Of a DNA stretch of 64,000 nucleotides, positions 61,821-64,000 are shown one piece after another (within the stretch, counting starts at the first letter, position 1; every line of letters begins with the position of its first letter). Under the pieces are notes generated by a model, which was not told the origin of the DNA, did not search any database, and saw only the letters and a program-made list of their open reading frames with translations. The position numbers were made by a program, and so were the translations under genes. Source of the DNA: a bacterium (GTDB lineage: Bacteria > Zixibacteria > MSB-5A5 > GN15 > FEB-12); the NCBI GenBank assembly GCA_043811375.1, contig JBDRNJ010000014.1:67050-131049 (forward strand), written 5' to 3'.

Positions 61821-62984
61821 ATGAAGAAGATCGGCACCCTGCTGGCTCTGCTTTTTCTGTCCGGATGTTCAGTTACTGAGAAGCAGGTCGCTAACCGCGA
61901 GACGCAGACAGACCAACTGAAAACCTACCTGACCGCTCACCAGGCCTCTCCGGAAGATTACATAATCAGAAAGTTTCAGGATCACGATGTGATTCTTCTG
62001 GGAGAGATTCATCGCATCCGTCATGATCCGCTGCTGGTACAGAAGCTGATACCCGTCCTCAAGGAAGTGGGCATTTTCACACTGGCCACGGAATTCGCCC
62101 GTCACGAAGATCAGGTGCTTATCGACAGCCTTTTGTCCGGTGATGTATACGATGAACAACTGGCGCGACAGATTACTTTTCAGCAGCATATGAGTTGGGC
62201 GTATCAGGAGTACGTGGACATATTCAAGGCGGCCTGGACTGTAAACAAATCTTCTTCAACTGACACCCGCCAGTTTAAGATACTGGGGCTCAACTGTTCG
62301 CCGGACTGGAGCTTCATTAAGACATCGACCGACCGGGAAGTCGATTCTCTGAAGCGACTGGTGTGGGGCGGGTGCGGCGAGCGGGACTGGGCCGAGGTCA
62401 TTTTGGAGCAGGTCGAACTGGGTGAAAAGGTTCTGGTCTACTGCGGAATGCATCATGCCTTCAGTGGCTACCTGCAGCCGATCGTCAACGACAGTGGCGG
62501 ATTCGTGCGGTTCGAGGAGGATCGTCTCGGACGGCACATCTTCGAAGCCATCGGCAAGAAGAGGGTCATGACGGTGTTTTTGCATTCACCCTGGTATGGC
62601 GCCGGTGGTTACAGCGACACTCTGGTCAGGCCCTGTGACGGCATGATAGACGACGTCATGGCGTTGTTCGGCAAGACGTTCCAGCCGGTGGGTTTCGACG
62701 TTTCCGGCACACCATTCGGGGAACTGGCGCCCCGCAACACCGTCTATTGCGCCGGCTATAACAACCTCACATTGACCGATTATTGTGACGGCTACATCTA
62801 CCAGGAACCATTCGACCAGAGTCAGGCGGTAACCTTAATAGAGGATTTCATTAACGAGGGTAATCTCATCCAAGCCAGACAGCAATGCCCTAACCCTTAC
62901 TACCGGGATGCCTCGGCGGAGGAGTTCGTCGCCGCATCCCGTCGTACGCTTGACTGGTGGTGGCAGACTCTGCAGAAAATCTGA
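61821..62984 (+). CDS. Lipoprotein of the ChaN/EreA/TIKI-like superfamily
   Basis: Lipobox LSGC, VILLGEIH, LATEF, YCGMHH. Confidence 0.6.
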   Translation: MKKIGTLLALLFLSGCSVTEKQVANRETQTDQLKTYLTAHQASPEDYIIRKFQDHDVILLGEIHRIRHDPLLVQKLIPVLKEVGIFTLATEFARHEDQVLIDSLLSGDVYDEQLARQITFQQHMSWAYQEYVDIFKAAWTVNKSSSTDTRQFKILGLNCSPDWSFIKTSTDREVDSLKRLVWGGCGERDWAEVILEQVELGEKVLVYCGMHHAFSGYLQPIVNDSGGFVRFEEDRLGRHIFEAIGKKRVMTVFLHSPWYGAGGYSDTLVRPCDGMIDDVMALFGKTFQPVGFDVSGTPFGELAPRNTVYCAGYNNLTLTDYCDGYIYQEPFDQSQAVTLIEDFINEGNLIQARQQCPNPYYRDASAEEFVAASRRTLDWWWQTLQKI

Positions 62985-62996
62985 GGATACCATCCT

Positions 62997-63845
62997 GTGC
63001 AGTATGTGGGACACCCTGGTCTTATGGCTGAGACAATGATCTTCTGGCCGGTGGTAGTGGCCGTGTGCCTGTTTCTTCTGGCGTGCGCAACCGTCTACTT
63101 TCACCAGACCCGATTGGTTTTCCACCCCACCCGCGAATTGGTAGTGACGCCGGATCAGCTTGGTCTGAATTACGAAGATGTTCACATCGAGGTGACACCC
63201 GGCCAGCGAGTTCATGGCTGGTACCTCAGGACCGGCGGCAAACAGGCGCCGGTGGTCTTGTTCTGCCACGGCAATGCCGGCAACATCTCGCACCGGCTGG
63301 AGACAGCCGATCTTATCCTGGACCTTGGGGCCGATATACTGCTGTTTGACTATCGCGGTTACGGACAGTCGGACGGCACTCCCGGCGAACAGAAGGTTTA
63401 TGCCGATGCCGAGGCCTGTTATCGTCGGCTGGTGGAAGATGAGGCCGTACCTCCCGAAAAGATCGTTCTGTTCGGGCGGTCACTGGGGGGCGCCGTGGCT
63501 GTAGAGTTGGCTCGTCGGGTCAAGTGCCGGGGGTTGATAGTGGAATCATCGTTTACGTCTACGGCCGATATGGGCCGGCTGATATTTCCCTGGCTGCCCA
63601 TCCGTTATCTGCTCCGGCACCACTTTGACTCGATCAAAAAGATCAGCACGGTGGACTGCCCGGTGCTGGTTACGCACTCACCGGACGACGAACTGGTACC
63701 CTTCGAAATGGGCCGTCAGCTCTATGCCGCCGCCAAACAGCCCAAACGGTTTGTGTCCCTGCGGGGAGGGCACAACGAACGGGAATACTTCCTGAACAGT
63801 TCTTATACATCGGCACTGCGCGATATTATACACGGGAAGCCCTGA
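62997..63845 (+). CDS. Alpha/beta hydrolase (BEM46/ABHD13-like)
   Basis: N-terminal TM, HGNAGN, DYRGYG, GRSLG, DELVP, GGHN. Confidence 0.9.
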   Translation: MQYVGHPGLMAETMIFWPVVVAVCLFLLACATVYFHQTRLVFHPTRELVVTPDQLGLNYEDVHIEVTPGQRVHGWYLRTGGKQAPVVLFCHGNAGNISHRLETADLILDLGADILLFDYRGYGQSDGTPGEQKVYADAEACYRRLVEDEAVPPEKIVLFGRSLGGAVAVELARRVKCRGLIVESSFTSTADMGRLIFPWLPIRYLLRHHFDSIKKISTVDCPVLVTHSPDDELVPFEMGRQLYAAAKQPKRFVSLRGGHNEREYFLNSSYTSALRDIIHGKP

Positions 63846-64000
63846 CAGGGTGTTAAAAGAGTGTTCTATCATGTCCAATTGCCAACATACTCGCCTTCCC
63901 CGCGCAGGCGGGGAGGTGGATTCAAATTTGAAGTGCAACATGTTATTCCAAAATATCTCTGCTGGTGTTAGAAAGTCCAGACATTTTCGTGGTGTGTTAT

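Overview
A 64-kb, roughly 55-60% GC (by eye) bacterial chromosomal segment from a diderm organism (waaA, lpxK, ExbB/ExbD/TonB, BamA-type and PorV-like barrels). An orphan dockerin-like sequence of the 'YLFQGGPAP..CP' type points to candidate phylum Zixibacteria or a related FCB-group lineage (inference). Most genes are housekeeping or envelope genes: tmk, ino1, metK, ahcY, an ECF sigma operon followed by two HtrA genes, sppA, a patatin-Omp85 protein, nadB and guaA. The main points of interest are: (1) an intact archaeal-type HMG-CoA synthase / thiolase / DUF35 operon in a bacterium, followed by a radical SAM gene; (2) a 1217-aa CHAT-protease / NB-ARC-type STAND ATPase / TPR (NLR-like) protein; (3) two short non-autonomous elements with terminal inverted repeats and 4-bp target duplications that carry REP-type palindromes, one inserted into another REP; (4) several apparent pseudo-enzymes and odd fusions (inactive HtrA partner, degenerate phosphomutase domain, barrel-like SppA fusion, triple TonB C-domain protein, Ino1 with a basic tail). 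No rRNA, tRNA, CRISPR array, transposase or reverse transcriptase was recognised. All calls come from motif reading by eye; no searches were run.
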